64,000 bases of DNA, from the NCBI RefSeq assembly GCF_023055435.1, contig NW_025964374.1, positions 1,116,001 through 1,180,000 of the forward strand, written 5' to 3'. Position 1 is the first letter of the stretch. Every line of letters starts with the position of its first letter. This DNA is from Haliotis rufescens. Lineage: Eukaryota. The notes beneath the pieces were generated by a model. That model made no database searches, was not told where the DNA came from, and saw only the letters and a program-made list of their open reading frames with translations. Shown piece after piece: positions 60,758 to 64,000 of the stretch. A program made the position numbers and the translations under genes.

Positions 60758-61109
60758 GGTGGGGTGAAATTGGGTTTAACGTCGCGTCCAAGATTACTGC
60801 ACTTATATAGCGACGTGCATGCACGTGTGTGTGTGTTTGTGTGGCTGCTGGTACTACTCCGGACTGATGCCGATTTATAGTGCTAGCTCACTGAGATACC
60901 ATGCCGAAGTTTAACATGAATACCCCACTCAGACACAGTATACTGACTCCGAGTCCACCAGTTCTTGTTTTAGCCCCTTAATGTCGAGCGCCAGACAGGG
61001 TAACAACAAGTACCATCTTTTAACGTCTTTTGGTATGACGCGGCCGGGGATCAAACCCCGGACCTTCCGCTCTCCGGGCGGACGCTCTACCACAAGACCA
61101 CGGAGGCGG
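60758..61109 (-). mobile_element. SINE family E, full length
   Basis: 14-bp TSD CTTGATGTG(T/G)AAGA (60744-60757, 61110-61123). Confidence 0.92.
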
Positions 61110-61447
61110 CTTGATGTGGAAGAACATGCTTACCCTATTCTCGAACACCTGGTGCCATCACTCATTTGGTGAGACGGGAAAACCATATTACCAACAGACA
61201 CTTGAACCACTTACCGAAACACATATTTCGTAACCAATCCACTATTTTGAAAAATAATTCGAAAACACAACAACACATATGTTCTGTGAAATTAAATATA
61301 AAACTTCAACGCCAGAGAATAACCATTATCTGACCAAACAGATTCCATTGGGCGAAAATAGTAAAACAGGATGAAAATTATATGAATGGATCACTGGTAA
61401 TCAGTGATGACACCAGGTGTTCGCGAAAAGGGTAAGGATGTCCTGCC

Positions 61448-61711
61448 TACGGAAGCCTTTTAGGGCCATTTGGTTTTTAAATAAAATTCGATACCATCTT
61501 GAAATTTCAAGATACTAAGTTGAAATTTCAAGAAACTATGTTAAAATTTCAAGATACTATCTTGAAATTTCAACTTAGTATCTTGAAATTTCAAGATGGT
61601 ATCGAATTTTTTTTAAAAACCAAATGGCCCTAAAAGGCTTCCGTAGGCAGGACATCCTTACCCTTTTCGCGAAAAAAACAAAAAAACAAATGGCCCTAAA
61701 AGGCTTCCGTA
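61448..61711. mobile_element. IS3EU-like palindromic MITE inserted in a family D copy
   Basis: Termini TACGG...CCGTA with 6-bp TSD CCTGCC (61442-61447, 61712-61717). Interior of 20-bp repeats containing TCTTGAAATTTCAAGA. Confidence 0.85.
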
Positions 61712-62539
61712 CCTGCCCTACCGGAGGCATACGTTATTTCATTCATACAAAATTCCCCGATGCTATCTAATACAACATCACTGTTCGTGATCTACGTCTG
61801 CCATGCTTGAGACAAGAGCCACTCAAGGATACAAGGACGGCGGAATGGAGTCCTACAGAACAGGAATTCAATATTAAGTATCAATATCCTTGTCCTCACA
61901 TCGTGTAAAAAACGAAAGTAAAGATTTATGACGTCACGTGACATAGATATGTTTTCTCTTGTTCGTCTGTTTTAATAACATCCAAAATAGGCTTGATTCA
62001 TTGAGCTGTTTAATGAACGAGCTAAGTTTAATTTTGTAGCGTGCCACGCTGTCTGTCGGAACGTCATTTGGAGTATCGATTGAGCGCCATAAACAAGATG
62101 TTGACTATAGGCGGCTCTATGATGTACAGTAAGATTCTCTGTATAATGCTGATACAACGATTTCAGAGTTGCGTCGACAACGCTCAGGCCTGCGTGAAAA
62201 CTATAGATTTTTTGTAAAATATTTCAACCAGTCGCTCAGTTGAAAAAGTCAGCTGCTTAATCTCGTATTATTTTTGGATTCATTAAAATTGATTTGTTAA
62301 ATGGTATTTGAAAGATAAAAAAAACACTTTTCAGTGGCATGTCTAAAGGGGATTTCATTACATTCTGGTTCGATCTACACTTAGTGACTGTATTTAGTCG
62401 TGGCGCGTTGAGAACGCGCTGTATCGGATCGTAGTGTGGGATGACCACGAAGCGCATATTATTATATTCAACCTTGTTTTTTGTTCTTTCTTTAAAAATC
62501 AAGTTTCAACAAAGGACATTCTGAAACACGACACTCTTT

Positions 62540-62945
62540 GAGGTGAGGTGAATTGGGGTTTAACTTCGCGTTCAAGATTATTGCGCTTACATGCGACGTG
62601 TAACCTGCGTGTGTTTGAGTGAGTGTGTGAGCGTGAGTGCTACTAGTCCTTGTTTGTGGGTTCGATCTCGGTTCGCCCCGATTATGTTTCTAGGTTTGTC
62701 AGCACCATACCCGTGCTCGTGGGTTAAACCGAAGTGGTAAACGTCTGAGACCTGCATCACTTCGGGCTTTCCTCCCACATTAAGCTGACACGCCGTGATA
62801 TAACTGGAATAATGTTAAAAGCGGCGTTAAACCTAACTCACTCACTCACTCACTACTAGTCCTTGTGTTTTCCCATTACTGCAGAGCGCCAGGCAGGGTA
62901 ACAACAATTACATCTTTTAACGTCTTTTGGTATGACGCGGCCGAG
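62540..62945. mobile_element. 5'-truncated family C SINE (+, 62654-62852) nested in a decayed family E copy (-)
   Basis: 14-bp TSD CTACTAGTCCTTGT (62640-62653, 62853-62866). Confidence 0.88.
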
Positions 62946-64000
62946 CTCGAACCACCACCAACCCCATAAGTTTACATAAGTTTGCAAACAGATTTATCTA
63001 CTGAGACACCTCAAATTGTCAAACACACCCATGAAACTAAATTCCAATCCAATATACACCCTCCCCTCAAACCAATTCGTCTCGGATCACAAAAATTTAT
63101 TCGAAACGATAAAATAATATGGATGCGATAAATCATATGGACATTATAATACAATCTAATAGAAGAGTCTGCGACAGCCAATAAAATCCTGAATTACGAC
63201 AACAAAATTTTGGTTAATACTCCGGTGAAGTCAATGATAAGGGTTAGTAAACTCTGAGAATAAACTCCGTAACCATAACACTTTGATTTCCGATGTTGTG
63301 AGGGTAGACAAGTGCAGACCCCTACATCGGCAGCAACTTCGCGTAACACGTGCGACGTAAGCCCAGCCTGCTGGTATAAGGTATTCGAAATAGCGCGATT
63401 GAACTCGCGTTAATCTGGGCGTGTAATTAGTGTATGTAACATAAGGTTAATTCACCTTAACCCATTAAGCGTCGTATAGGGTAACACTGGTTACTCGAGT
63501 GTACGAGGGAAGATGAAACTCTGATATAAGGATGCTCCGCGTTAAGCCCCTACGTGTGATGGGTTCAAATTGTGTATGGTTTTAGTGCGTGCCGAGTATG
63601 AAGTAATTAAATTAACTTGATTAGCTACAGAGGTCTTTAATTATTTATAGTTTTGACGTCGCTTCAAGCTGAGAGTGCTCCGTTTCAGCTGAGTGTAGGT
63701 TTTCATTAAAAAGGCGACGTTTAAATGTTTAATTTGTAGAGTTAATGTCAGTTGACAATCACGTGATCAGTGTTGCCATAAGCTGAACTGAGAAATTGTC
63801 ATATGTTTTGAGAGTCGTGAATGATTTGTCTCTAAAAGAAAGAAAATCTATAAAACACGCAGTATATGCCAATACCTATATTGTTAACGGAATATATAAT
63901 ATTTTTCTGTGATATTTTGTTTGTTTTTGCAAATAATAGTTACATGGAATAAGCTTGTAAAAGTCGTGTAACCATTCCTGGTGATAACCTAGTGGCGATC

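Overview
This is animal genomic DNA, not prokaryotic. The SINE repertoire points to a mollusc, probably an abalone-like gastropod (inference from recalled repeat families). The window lies inside a large minus-strand slit gene. Three 72-nt phase-2 LRR exons are visible (52907-52836, 50277-50206, 23333-23262), none of them in the supplied ORF track. They splice to DLQGNNLTVIRRSDFEGMKKLRIL-QLLDNKIRTIEKGAFVNLVSMERL-RLDRNLLVSTPDNLFANMPNLLR(L), matching LRR1-3 of Slit domain D1. Exon 1 and exon 5 were not found and probably lie outside the window. The rest is intronic. It holds four SINE-like families with related LINE-type tails: a tRNA-Asp-headed family (A), a non-tRNA structured-head family (B), a tRNA-Leu-like V-SINE (C) and a Meta-like SINE (E). 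It also holds an unclassified dispersed repeat (D), a swarm of TAG...CTA MITEs with 9-bp TSDs (AcademH-type), IS3EU-, Harbinger-, Tc1/mariner- and hAT/P-like MITEs, and several mini- and microsatellites. The most notable signals are four. (1) An abrupt switch from CpG-rich to CpG-depleted DNA at about 27.3 kb coincides with a YY1 motif and splice donors, suggesting an internal promoter in slit intron 3. (2) An inverted SINE pair flanks the frame-neutral exon 4. (3) Family B has a structured, ribozyme-candidate 5' head. (4) An IS3EU-like MITE has a palindrome that has copied its own flank.
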